Virus record (IMG/VR): IMGVR_UViG_3300021976_000010
Location: 12,975 to 76,974 of that record
Strand: one strand, 5' to 3'
Source of the DNA: a virus
Length of the DNA: 64,000 nucleotides
How positions within the stretch are numbered: position 1 is the first letter of the stretch; each line of letters starts with the position of its first letter. The notes beneath the pieces are model-generated. The model had not been told where the DNA came from. It did no database searches and saw only the letters and a list, made by a program, of their open reading frames with translations. Position numbers and translations under genes: made by a program. Shown in pieces: positions 46,466 through 54,713 of this stretch.

Positions 46466-48594
46466 AACCGCGGCGACAGGTGATGAACCCGGATCAGATA
46501 CCACTCATCACACCAGACAGCGCGTGGACGGTGCCGACGGAGCTCCCGGATCTCAGTCGCATCGACGCCATCGCCATTGACACTGAGGACTACGATCAAG
46601 GGCTGCTCGATGGGCGCGGCCCGGGCTGGGCATTCAAGTCCAAGTCTTCCGGGGGCTACTTGGCAGGCGTGAGCGCGGCGTGGTGGCAGGATGGCGAGGT
46701 GCGCAGCATCTATGTTCCCATCAACCACCCTGATACCAACTGCATCGATCTATCACGGGCGAAGAAGTGGGTCGCGCATCTACTGAACCGCAAGAAGGGA
46801 CAGCGAGCTATCTTCTGCAATGCCGACTTTGATCTTGGCTGGATCGAGAATTCAATCAGCGGCCTTGGCATCGCACTTCCCGACGGCGAATTCATCGACG
46901 ATGTCGGTGCGCAGGCCATGCTCATCGACGAGAATCGCAGGGCCAAGAAGGGGCAGACATCGGCCTATTCCCTCGACGCGATCGCTGAATGGTGCGGCGT
47001 CGAGATGAAGGACGAAGTGGCGCTTCGCGAGGCCGCCGCCGCGTATGGATACAAGGGAAAGGATGTCAAGAGGTTCATCGCGAAGCTGCCCGCGCGCTAC
47101 GTTGGTCCATACGCGGAACAGGACGCCCGCTCCACGCTGCTCGCGCACGAAGTAATGGTGCCAATCATCGATGAACAGGAACTCAACGACGCATACGACC
47201 TCGAGATGGGGCTCGTGCCAGTAGTACACGCCATGCGGAAGCGTGGCATACGTGTCAACGAAGACCGGCTCTGGCAGCTTCACGATAACCTCATGGATCA
47301 GCACCAGAAAGCGTGCGACAAGATATACGACATCACGAAGATGCGTGTATCCATTGATGAAATCAGGCAGAAAGACTGGCTCATCAGGGTCTGTGATATG
47401 CACGGCATCACCGAGTATATCACTGGAGAAAACGCGCTCGGTGAGAACGAGACCGAGTTCACCAAGAACTGGATGCGCGCGTCGCAGCATCCGCTGCCCC
47501 GGGCAATCGCAGAGGCAAAGCAGTGTCACGAGGCCGCCACGAAGTTCGTGAAGACCTACCTCATCGACTCTATCGTGGACGGGCGCATCCACGCGAACAT
47601 CAACCAGTTCAAGACGGAAGACGGCGGCACCAAGACGCACCGTTTCTCCTATTCCGATCCACCATTGCAGCAGATGCCGAGCCGGCCAGACCCTGTCGAG
47701 GGCTGGTTCATCACTGAATTCATCGCGGCGGCAATCCGCACCGCATTCGAGCCCGAGCCGGGGGAGCTATGGTTCGCCCCCGATTATTCGCAGCAGGAAT
47801 ACAGGCTCATCGTTCACTACGCATATCTCATGGAATGTGCCAAGGCCGACGACGCCGTGCGAATGTATCTCGAGGACCCGAACACCGACTTCCACAATCT
47901 GGTGGTCGCTCTCACTGGCCTAACGCGGCGCAGGGCAAAGGACGTGAACTTCGCCAAGGCGTATGGAGCCGGCATTAAGAAGTTTGCGTTGATGACAGGA
48001 ATGTCACTAGAAGAAGCCGAGAAGGTGATGGGGCAGTACGATAGGGAAATGCCGTTCGTCAAGGAGCTCAACGATATTTGCGATCGCAGCGCGGCCGAGC
48101 GTGGTTACATACGCATGATCGACAAGGCGCGTTCGCACTTCGACGAATGGGAGCCGCGTTGGTTGGACCGCTCCGAGCGTCAGCGTGGGTACGCCGAGTA
48201 CTTCGCGATGAACCCGTGTCGCCACGAAGAAGCGCTCGAACGCTGCGAAACGAAGAATCACCCGTGGTTCAAGAAGGCACTGCGCCGCGCAGATACACGC
48301 AAGGCGATGAATCGTCTCATTCAGGGCAGTGCAGCGAGACAGACGAAGCGCGCGATGCTGTCGTGTTGGCGCGCGGGATATCTCGCGATGCTGCAAATGC
48401 ACGATGAACTCGCATTCTCTCTGATGAAAGAGAAAGACGGAAAGATCATCGGTGAAATAATGCGCAACGCTATCAAGATCAGTGTGCCGATGCGCGTCGA
48501 CGAAGAATATGGCGAGACTTGGGGAACGGCAAAATACGCGTTCGCAGACGCGCGCAGGGCGGGCAAGGGTGCCGCGCCCGCGCTGGCGGCCTAG
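46450..48594 (+). CDS. polA: Family A DNA polymerase with 3'-5' exonuclease domain
   Basis: Exonuclease motifs IDTE, NA.FD and YAEQD; polymerase motif A DYSQQEYR, motif B AKDVNFAKAYG and motif C MHDEL. Confidence 0.95.
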   Translation: MVKSVKPRRQVMNPDQIPLITPDSAWTVPTELPDLSRIDAIAIDTEDYDQGLLDGRGPGWAFKSKSSGGYLAGVSAAWWQDGEVRSIYVPINHPDTNCIDLSRAKKWVAHLLNRKKGQRAIFCNADFDLGWIENSISGLGIALPDGEFIDDVGAQAMLIDENRRAKKGQTSAYSLDAIAEWCGVEMKDEVALREAAAAYGYKGKDVKRFIAKLPARYVGPYAEQDARSTLLAHEVMVPIIDEQELNDAYDLEMGLVPVVHAMRKRGIRVNEDRLWQLHDNLMDQHQKACDKIYDITKMRVSIDEIRQKDWLIRVCDMHGITEYITGENALGENETEFTKNWMRASQHPLPRAIAEAKQCHEAATKFVKTYLIDSIVDGRIHANINQFKTEDGGTKTHRFSYSDPPLQQMPSRPDPVEGWFITEFIAAAIRTAFEPEPGELWFAPDYSQQEYRLIVHYAYLMECAKADDAVRMYLEDPNTDFHNLVVALTGLTRRRAKDVNFAKAYGAGIKKFALMTGMSLEEAEKVMGQYDREMPFVKELNDICDRSAAERGYIRMIDKARSHFDEWEPRWLDRSERQRGYAEYFAMNPCRHEEALERCETKNHPWFKKALRRADTRKAMNRLIQGSAARQTKRAMLSCWRAGYLAMLQMHDELAFSLMKEKDGKIIGEIMRNAIKISVPMRVDEEYGETWGTAKYAFADARRAGKGAAPALAA

Positions 48595-48600
48595 CACCTG

Positions 48601-48651
48601 CCCGGGGCCGCCCGGGGCCGCCCGGGGCCGCCCGGGGCCGCCCGGGGGCCG
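48601..48651. repeat. Tandem 10-bp repeat (CCCGGGGCCG) x4 plus one variant
   Basis: Directly visible just after the polA stop codon. Confidence 0.95.
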
Positions 48652-48834
48652 CTCCCAGCTGCCCCGGCACCCCTTGATACCAGTGCGACGACCCTCCGGC
48701 GGCCCATATTTGGCCAGCCATGCGTCCAGCCTCCAGCCTAGTACCCTACAGCCTCCAGTCCACGGACCGGCCCTACGGCCCTCTGGAGGGCTCCATGGAC
48801 TGTTTACTATTTGTTAACCATATTTGGTTGTAGG

Positions 48835-48863
48835 CTGCACAAGCGCGCGTGCGCGTATATAGT
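48835..48863 (+). promoter_or_regulatory. Sigma70-like early promoter candidate
   Basis: CTGCAC-N17-TATAGT, preceded by an AT-rich tract at about 48800-48830. Confidence 0.5.
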
Positions 48864-49204
48864 GTCCATAGGTTACTCCACCGGCCTTGGTTTGCAGCCC
48901 CCTAGTTTTGGGCATGGCCCTAACGGCAACGCCAGCCGCTAGCCTTGTGGCCCCTAGCGGGCTCCACTCAGACGCGGCTCCGCGCATGTGGCAAGGCAAA
49001 ACGGTGGCGCGGCGGGTAGAACGGCTCCCCAACAGTTTATTGCGCAAGCATAACGTTGGCCCCTAGCAAGGGCCACGGCGCATGCAAGGGGCCGCGCTGG
49101 TTTCCCGGGTCGTTAGTAGCAAGCCGCATCCTGTAGGACAGTGGCTTGCCGAAGGCATCACAACATCAAGGCAGCGCCGTCATATACCGCGCTGGCATAT
49201 TGCA

Positions 49205-49255
49205 AGTTCACCACGGAGCGGCCCGGTCATACACCGGGCCGCTTGATGGTGCACT
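49205..49255 (+). other. Conserved long stem-loop (RNase III-like site), copy 1
   Basis: Outer stem AGTTCACCA / TGGTGCACT; 11-bp inner stem AGCGGCCCGGT / ACCGGGCCGCT. Confidence 0.6.
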
Positions 49256-49260
49256 ATCGC

Positions 49261-49288
49261 ACCGCGTCGAAGAGGAGTACACGCAATG
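49261..49288 (+). repeat. 28-nt start-associated repeat ACCGCGTCGAAGAGGAGTACACGCAATG, copy 1
   Basis: Exact copies at 50022 and 50349. Confidence 0.95.
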
Positions 49289-49570
49289 GCCAAGGCTAAA
49301 CGCAAACGAAAAATGCTAATTCGAGATGAACATCACCAATCTATGAAGAACACCGCAATGAGCTTCAAGCAAATCGACAAGCAAATCGCCGACCTCAGCA
49401 AGTCGGTGACGGTCATACGCCGCAAGCTTGACACGCTGTATCGACGCTATGACAACGATCTCGGCGATGTAGCGGTGCTTGAACACGAAATTTGGCTTTA
49501 CGAACGCCGCGTTCACAAGATCGTCGATCTCGGCATGCGGCTCGGCGACTACGGCAGCGACTTTTCGTAG
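49286..49570 (+). CDS. Early hypothetical protein (coiled coil)
   Basis: Starts in the repeat's RBS and ATG. Confidence 0.7.
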   Translation: MAKAKRKRKMLIRDEHHQSMKNTAMSFKQIDKQIADLSKSVTVIRRKLDTLYRRYDNDLGDVAVLEHEIWLYERRVHKIVDLGMRLGDYGSDFS

Positions 49571-49611
49571 TTCATCGACACTGCGCAGTTCGCTGCGCAG
49601 CACGATGCACT
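49569..49611 (+). other. Conserved long stem-loop (RNase III-like site), copy 2
   Basis: Outer stem AGTTCATCG / CGATGCACT; inner CTGCGCAG-TTCG-CTGCGCAG. Confidence 0.6.
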
Positions 49612-49660
49612 CACAGAGGCATCCGACGGCAATCACGCCGTTCGTGTAATGGAGAGTACC

Positions 49661-49963
49661 ATGTCTGCTAAGAAAACCGTTGCCAAGTCCGCCGCCCGCA
49701 CCTCGAAGAAGGTTGCGAAGGTTGCCAAGAAGGCCGCAGCGAAGAAGGCCGCCGCGACCAATGCTCGTCGCCTGATCACCGATGACTTCGCGATCAAGGT
49801 GCTCAGCAAGGTGAACCCCTTCACCGGCGAAGTGCAGAAGAAACATGCCGCCGCTGTGCTGGCGTCAAAGACGGTTGCCGAAGCCAAGAAGAAGGGTGCC
49901 GATTCGTGGACGGTTCGCGAGCTCGTCAACCGCAAGATCATCAGCGTGGCCAAGGCCGCCTGA
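49661..49963 (+). CDS. H1-like basic protein with shared 'IKVL.K.NP' domain
   Basis: AKK repeats; the C-terminus aligns by eye with the 54714 and 61282 products. Confidence 0.7.
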   Translation: MSAKKTVAKSAARTSKKVAKVAKKAAAKKAAATNARRLITDDFAIKVLSKVNPFTGEVQKKHAAAVLASKTVAEAKKKGADSWTVRELVNRKIISVAKAA

Positions 49964-50021
49964 TCACCAAGCGTCTCTATCAACTTGGGCGGCCCGCGAA
50001 TGGGCCGCCCGCGATCTTTCA

Positions 50022-50049
50022 ACCGCGTCGAAGAGGAGTACACGCAATG
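50022..50049 (+). repeat. 28-nt start-associated repeat, copy 2
   Basis: Exact match to 49261-49288; preceded by a hairpin at 49987-50010. Confidence 0.95.
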
Positions 50050-50343
50050 TCTACCAGCTATCCCACACTACAACGCGTTCTCGAGATGATGCTCAATGAT
50101 CAGGGCATGGATACATCGTCTGTCACATTCGACAGTATCGATTGGACCGATGAGCGTGCACCTAGCAACGATTTCGTGCAGCTCGACCGTGTCGAGGCCG
50201 CGCTGGCCACGCTGTCGAACGAAGAACTCGAGACCCTCGCCATCGGCGATCAAGAAGACTGGCCCGTCATCATGGTCAAGTTTCCCGATGAAGCTGAAAT
50301 GGTGCACATCGCCCTCGAGTGCATGTTCGGGGCAACTGCCTAA
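50047..50343 (+). CDS. Acidic early hypothetical protein
   Basis: Starts at the repeat's ATG. Confidence 0.7.
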   Translation: MSTSYPTLQRVLEMMLNDQGMDTSSVTFDSIDWTDERAPSNDFVQLDRVEAALATLSNEELETLAIGDQEDWPVIMVKFPDEAEMVHIALECMFGATA

Positions 50344-50348
50344 TATCA

Positions 50349-50376
50349 ACCGCGTCGAAGAGGAGTACACGCAATG
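50349..50376 (+). repeat. 28-nt start-associated repeat, copy 3
   Basis: Exact match to 49261-49288. Confidence 0.95.
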
Positions 50377-50604
50377 TCTGCATCGCAACACGCCAAGTTC
50401 GAGAATGTCAAGGGTTACGCCACCTACGAAAACGCAATGAAGCGCGGACAGGCTGTCGCCGACGCGCGCAAGGACATCAGCTATCGCTGGGTCGTCATCG
50501 CGCTGCCCAATGGTAGGTTCACACCATGCGTCATCTGCAATAACAACGTGCCCGGCGGCCCGGGCAACTTCATCGGTGAAGTCAACGTCTGCATCATCAA
50601 CTGA
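50374..50604 (+). CDS. Early hypothetical protein
   Basis: Starts at the repeat's ATG. Confidence 0.7.
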   Translation: MSASQHAKFENVKGYATYENAMKRGQAVADARKDISYRWVVIALPNGRFTPCVICNNNVPGGPGNFIGEVNVCIIN

Positions 50605-50613
50605 GGAGGTAGT

Positions 50614-50660
50614 TGAGTTTATCCACGGTGCGGCCTGCGGGCCGCACAAGGATGCACTCA
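50614..50660 (+). other. Conserved long stem-loop (RNase III-like site), copy 3
   Basis: Outer stem TGAGTTTATCC / GGATGCACTCA; inner GTGCGGCC-TGCG-GGCCGCAC. Confidence 0.6.
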
Positions 50661-50689
50661 TGCATCAGCCTCGAAGAGGAGTACAGGCA

Positions 50690-50980
50690 ATGTCAAACCG
50701 TCAAGAGAATCCGCACCACAAGCAGAGCGACGGCGCAGGCTTCAACCGTCTACGCGCCGAACAAGAAAAGCGCGTCGAGTTCACGCGTCTGTGTCAGCAG
50801 TCGCACCCGTCGTGCGCCATTCACATCGATCAGGTGCGTGAATACGCTGGCGTTCAGATCGCGTTCTACCGCGTTGTCAGCACCGGGCAGTTCAAGTTCG
50901 AGCATGCCCGTATCGCCGTGTTCAAGTTCGGCGGTAGCAAGTGGATCAAGGAAACCGATATCATCGCAGCACAAGCCTGA
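50690..50980 (+). CDS. Early hypothetical protein
   Basis: Starts in the variant repeat TCGAAGAGGAGTACAGGCAATG (50671-50692). Confidence 0.7.
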   Translation: MSNRQENPHHKQSDGAGFNRLRAEQEKRVEFTRLCQQSHPSCAIHIDQVREYAGVQIAFYRVVSTGQFKFEHARIAVFKFGGSKWIKETDIIAAQA

Positions 50981-50990
50981 GGAGGGCACC

Positions 50991-51170
50991 ATGTCACGGA
51001 AAAATTCCACCCGCACCAATGCCGTCATCAGTCGTCTCGTTGGCGTGTCAGACAAAGACAGCCCCGTCGAAGCGGCCCGCAAGGCCATTGCACTTATGAA
51101 AAGTGCAGGTCTGCCGACGAAGAAAGCCGAGAAGATGCTCGCTGACGCAATCGCGCGAGGAGTCAAGTAA
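50991..51170 (+). CDS. Small hypothetical protein
   Basis: GGAGG RBS. Confidence 0.55.
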   Translation: MSRKNSTRTNAVISRLVGVSDKDSPVEAARKAIALMKSAGLPTKKAEKMLADAIARGVK

Positions 51171-51331
51171 CATGATTGACACTATCATCGACACGATCAT
51201 CGCGTCCATCAACAAGCTGCACGGCGGCGAGCGCGAGCAGCGCAGTAAGCACGACGACTACATGAACTTCCTGCGCACCCGGTCGGAGTGCCAGCGCAAG
51301 ATCATCCCATCCAAGCCCGGGAGGCAGTCTG

Positions 51332-51595
51332 ATGACCACTAGATCACCGTTCGAGTACAGCAAGACCGAGGGCCTCGAGTGGGCGCGTCTCGATACCAAA
51401 GCAATCGCCGCGCACTACGACCAGAGCGATCCATGGCAATGGCCTCGCTACAATCCCCCCGGTCTTCTGATCGGGCCGCTCCCGCACAAGCGAACGTCAA
51501 GCGGGGGATGGGTTCTGGACTATGACCACCCGGGCGTCGCAGAACGCATGAGGGTTGAAGTTGATTTCATCGAAGACCAAGTGAGGAGAAAATAA
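51332..51595 (+). CDS. Hypothetical protein
   Basis: GGAGG RBS. Confidence 0.55.
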   Translation: MTTRSPFEYSKTEGLEWARLDTKAIAAHYDQSDPWQWPRYNPPGLLIGPLPHKRTSSGGWVLDYDHPGVAERMRVEVDFIEDQVRRK

Positions 51596-51596
51596 C

Positions 51597-52025
51597 ATGG
51601 CTGTCGTTTATCTGCTTCAGTGGAGAAAGGTGCGGAAAACGTGGTATGTGGATATCGAGGGCATCGGTCGCTACTCGGTGAAGCGACACGGCACCGGCCC
51701 GTTTCGCGCCTACCTGAACAACGTTCACATCGAGAGCGTTGATGGCAGCAAGGACGTTGAGATGGTCAAGCGAATCATCGAAGAGCGCATCACTGCGGCG
51801 AAGATCATCGCGGGCAGTGAAAGTGATCTGCCCTTGAAGCCCGACGACTACGACCGCCGCACAGAACTCATCAGTGCGGCGCGCGGCGGCATTGGCCTGT
51901 TCCTCAATTCTACGCGGGGCTGCGCCATGTTCGGCGCGCTGCACGCCATCGTCGAGACCAAGACTGGTTTCTGCGTGGTGTACGGCAACGACAATCGCGT
52001 GTACTTCGACATCACGGAGGTGTGA
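51597..52025 (+). CDS. Hypothetical protein
   Basis: GAGGAG RBS. Confidence 0.6.
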   Translation: MAVVYLLQWRKVRKTWYVDIEGIGRYSVKRHGTGPFRAYLNNVHIESVDGSKDVEMVKRIIEERITAAKIIAGSESDLPLKPDDYDRRTELISAARGGIGLFLNSTRGCAMFGALHAIVETKTGFCVVYGNDNRVYFDITEV

Positions 52026-52217
52026 GATGAACACTGACCAGTTCGTCAAGCGTCACATCGTCTGGCTCGAGGGTCGTGCCTTCATGCTACGCGAAGGTAT
52101 CAAGCACAAGCCGCACGCCAAGGACATTCGCGAGGCCCGCGAAGAATTGCGGTATGTCAACACTATCATTCGTGTCATCAAGAAGGGCATGACCAAGTCC
52201 GCGAAGAGGAAGTCGTC

Positions 52218-53267
52218 ATGAACACCAATCAGAAGGTAGACCCAAAGGTACTGTCGCGCATTCGCAAGCTCATGGCGTTGTCGAAGGACGGTGGTGCAAC
52301 CGAGCATGAGGCTGCGCAGGCCGCCGAGTTTATGCGCAGGCTCATGGCCGAGAACGGCATCAGCAATGCCACTATCGAGGCCAGCGGTGGCGACGGTGAG
52401 GTGCGCACCAAGGACTCGCGTTCAGGGCACACTGGTAAGGCATGGATGCGCGCTATCATGCGCGCACTGGCCGAGCAGGCGTTCGTGGTCGTGGAGTACA
52501 GTCACGGCAGCGCGGGCTATGACTACGAGAGTGGCGGGCGCAAGCGCGTTCCCGGCACGTGGGAACTCTGGGGGCGCGAGAGTTCAGTCGTGACCGTCAA
52601 GCTCATGCACGAATACCTTGTGCGCACGGTGGACCGCGTTGCCAGAGAGCGCGGCACAACGACCGACGAGGTGTTCAAGGAGGCTATGGGCACGCGTATC
52701 GCAGAACGCGTGGAAGAACGCCACGCCAGCGCGATGCATGAACAGGCTCGCGAGGCTCGTGAACGGCAGGCCGCCGCCGCGCACCCGTCGAACACGGGTA
52801 ACGCGCTCGTTGTCGTTCTCGAGGACTACGCTCAGAAGGAGCGTGATCTCAACAACGACCTGCGAAACGAATGGCCGCCCGGTACTACGCTCGCCAAGCG
52901 TCAGAAGGCAGACGATGAACGCGCCGCTGCCATGGTGGAGCGCGAGAACAGGCGTCAGGCGCTACTCAACGAGGGTCTCGCCGTCGAGATCGTTGATCTC
53001 ATGATGAGCGGCATCTCGAGGGAGCGCGCCATCCAACTCAACGCGGAAGAACCCGCGCCAACCAAGCCTGAAGACGAAAAGACCCGGGCTCGTCGCGAGA
53101 AAGAGGACGCGGCGTGGCAGGCTCGCTGGCAGCGTCAACAGGAAAAGCAGTACGCACGTCACAACTCGCCTAGTGCACGGGCGGGCCGCGCGGCGGGCGA
53201 GAATGTCGGCCTCGACACGCAGGTCGGTGGCAAGGTCACACCTAACAAGCAGATTGGAGGAAATTGA
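52218..53267 (+). CDS. DUF2786-domain protein
   Basis: RIRKLMALS...ATEHEA..A......LM..NGI N-terminus and G..AG..V.L..QV C-terminus. Confidence 0.8.
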   Translation: MNTNQKVDPKVLSRIRKLMALSKDGGATEHEAAQAAEFMRRLMAENGISNATIEASGGDGEVRTKDSRSGHTGKAWMRAIMRALAEQAFVVVEYSHGSAGYDYESGGRKRVPGTWELWGRESSVVTVKLMHEYLVRTVDRVARERGTTTDEVFKEAMGTRIAERVEERHASAMHEQAREARERQAAAAHPSNTGNALVVVLEDYAQKERDLNNDLRNEWPPGTTLAKRQKADDERAAAMVERENRRQALLNEGLAVEIVDLMMSGISRERAIQLNAEEPAPTKPEDEKTRARREKEDAAWQARWQRQQEKQYARHNSPSARAGRAAGENVGLDTQVGGKVTPNKQIGGN

Positions 53268-53533
53268 TGGTTGCAATATCTAAGCCGAAGCCGCGCGCCA
53301 AGCACGACCGCACCGCAACGCCGGAGCAGGTCGAGGCTTGGCGCAAGTGCCGAGTCGGTGACGTCATTCGTGTTCGAGTGCGCACCGGCAACGTTCAGCG
53401 CTTCGTCGTGTGCGAGTGGCCGGCTCAGTTCGCACCTGAGCCGGGCAAGGTGCACGCGCAGAAACAGGGGCAGGGTCCCAACTCTGCCATTCGACGCATC
53501 GCAGCCTTTGAACTGGTGATAGGAGGGTAGAAC

Positions 53534-53746
53534 ATGGGTTATCACGACGACTATGACGACGACGACGATCGCATCGACTTTGCGGACCCGGGCGGTAACA
53601 GCGCTCTGCGTGCCGCGAGTGCCCGTAACCCGCGCAACCTGCCCTGTCCAAATTGCGGGGCAGCTAACAGGTTGACACCTGCCGATCAGGCGCGTGGATA
53701 CCAGTGCGACCGGTGCGCGGACAGGGCAGAACGAGGGTGCGATTAA
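53534..53746 (+). CDS. Zinc-ribbon protein
   Basis: CPNC...YQCDRC motifs; GGAGG RBS. Confidence 0.7.
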   Translation: MGYHDDYDDDDDRIDFADPGGNSALRAASARNPRNLPCPNCGAANRLTPADQARGYQCDRCADRAERGCD

Positions 53747-53995
53747 CATGGCAGTCCTCAGCTCAAAGAAGAAAAAGCCCGCCAAGCCCGCGCCCGCTGC
53801 ACCGAAACGCGTGGCGCCGAAGCGCGTGGTGTACGAACCATCGCACTTTGTCTGGCTCAAGAAGCCGCGACAGCCCGCCTTGGTGCTGTACGGCGAGAAG
53901 AACGGCGTGATAGTGGTGTTCGTCACTCCAGTCGAGACAGGCGATACGGGCCGCCGCGAAGTGACCTATGACGCAATCGAGGGAAGAATACTGCC

Positions 53996-54235
53996 ATGAA
54001 CAAGCGAAAGAACGCTGTGAGCAAGGCCGTCTACTGGCATGGTGACGTCGGTAAGGACGACGACTTCAACGATCCTATCACAGACACCATAATCGACGGT
54101 GTCACGGTGCACGGGCCATGGGCACTCATGACGCCCGCGTCACATGCTCGTCATGGTCGTGGTCTTGGCCTTGGTTATGGGCAGAAGTACAAGAAACAGC
54201 CTGATGGCAGGTGGTTGAAAGTGGAGGGTATCTAG
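53996..54235 (+). CDS. Conserved small phage protein
   Basis: DG.T..GPWALM...GLGLG.GQKY motif. Confidence 0.65.
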   Translation: MNKRKNAVSKAVYWHGDVGKDDDFNDPITDTIIDGVTVHGPWALMTPASHARHGRGLGLGYGQKYKKQPDGRWLKVEGI

Positions 54236-54607
54236 ATGAGAACACTAGCCAAGCCAAGCGGCCTCACGCTCATCGAGGCCGTTCTCAAGTATTGCAACGG
54301 TCTGTATCGCATCAAGCGTCTCGGGCCAACCTCGCTCGTGCGCGGGCAGGCCATCACGTATCTCACGCAGAATCTGCGCAGCGACGGCTGGCGATCGATG
54401 ACGTACATGAACCTGACGCAGCTCGCGCGCAACAATTCTGACGTGCTCGGCTTCGACAGGGGCAGGGGCCGCCGCATTGCACACGGCGGACACATGGCGT
54501 GGGGCGTCGAGGCTGACGTGTTCTACCGTGTGCAGTCACTGTCGCAGTGCACTGATGAGCAGATGAAGCGCGAGGAGGCCGACGAGGTCAAGGCCGGTTA
54601 TTTCTAG
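54236..54607 (+). CDS. Hypothetical protein
   Basis: Abuts the upstream stop; GGAGG RBS. Confidence 0.5.
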   Translation: MRTLAKPSGLTLIEAVLKYCNGLYRIKRLGPTSLVRGQAITYLTQNLRSDGWRSMTYMNLTQLARNNSDVLGFDRGRGRRIAHGGHMAWGVEADVFYRVQSLSQCTDEQMKREEADEVKAGYF

Positions 54608-54633
54608 GGAGCAGGGTGCCCGCCGCGCCCGAC

Positions 54634-54662
54634 TTTTTCTGGTGCGGCGGTTGTGTTATCAT
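54634..54662 (+). promoter_or_regulatory. Conserved phage promoter motif
   Basis: TTTTTC-TGGTGCGGCGGTTGTGT-TATCAT. Confidence 0.6.
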
Positions 54663-54713
54663 GGGTGCTGCACGTGCACCACGCGCAATCAACAATTGAC
54701 TGGAGTGCCGACA

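Noticed and set aside
48800-49260. tRNA genes in the structured non-coding region
   Set aside because: No cloverleaf with a T-loop GTTCRA and acceptor stem could be identified.
49261-50692. 28-nt direct repeats as a CRISPR array
   Set aside because: The spacing is hundreds of bp and irregular, each repeat contains an RBS and ATG, the intervening sequences are genes, and no cas genes are visible.
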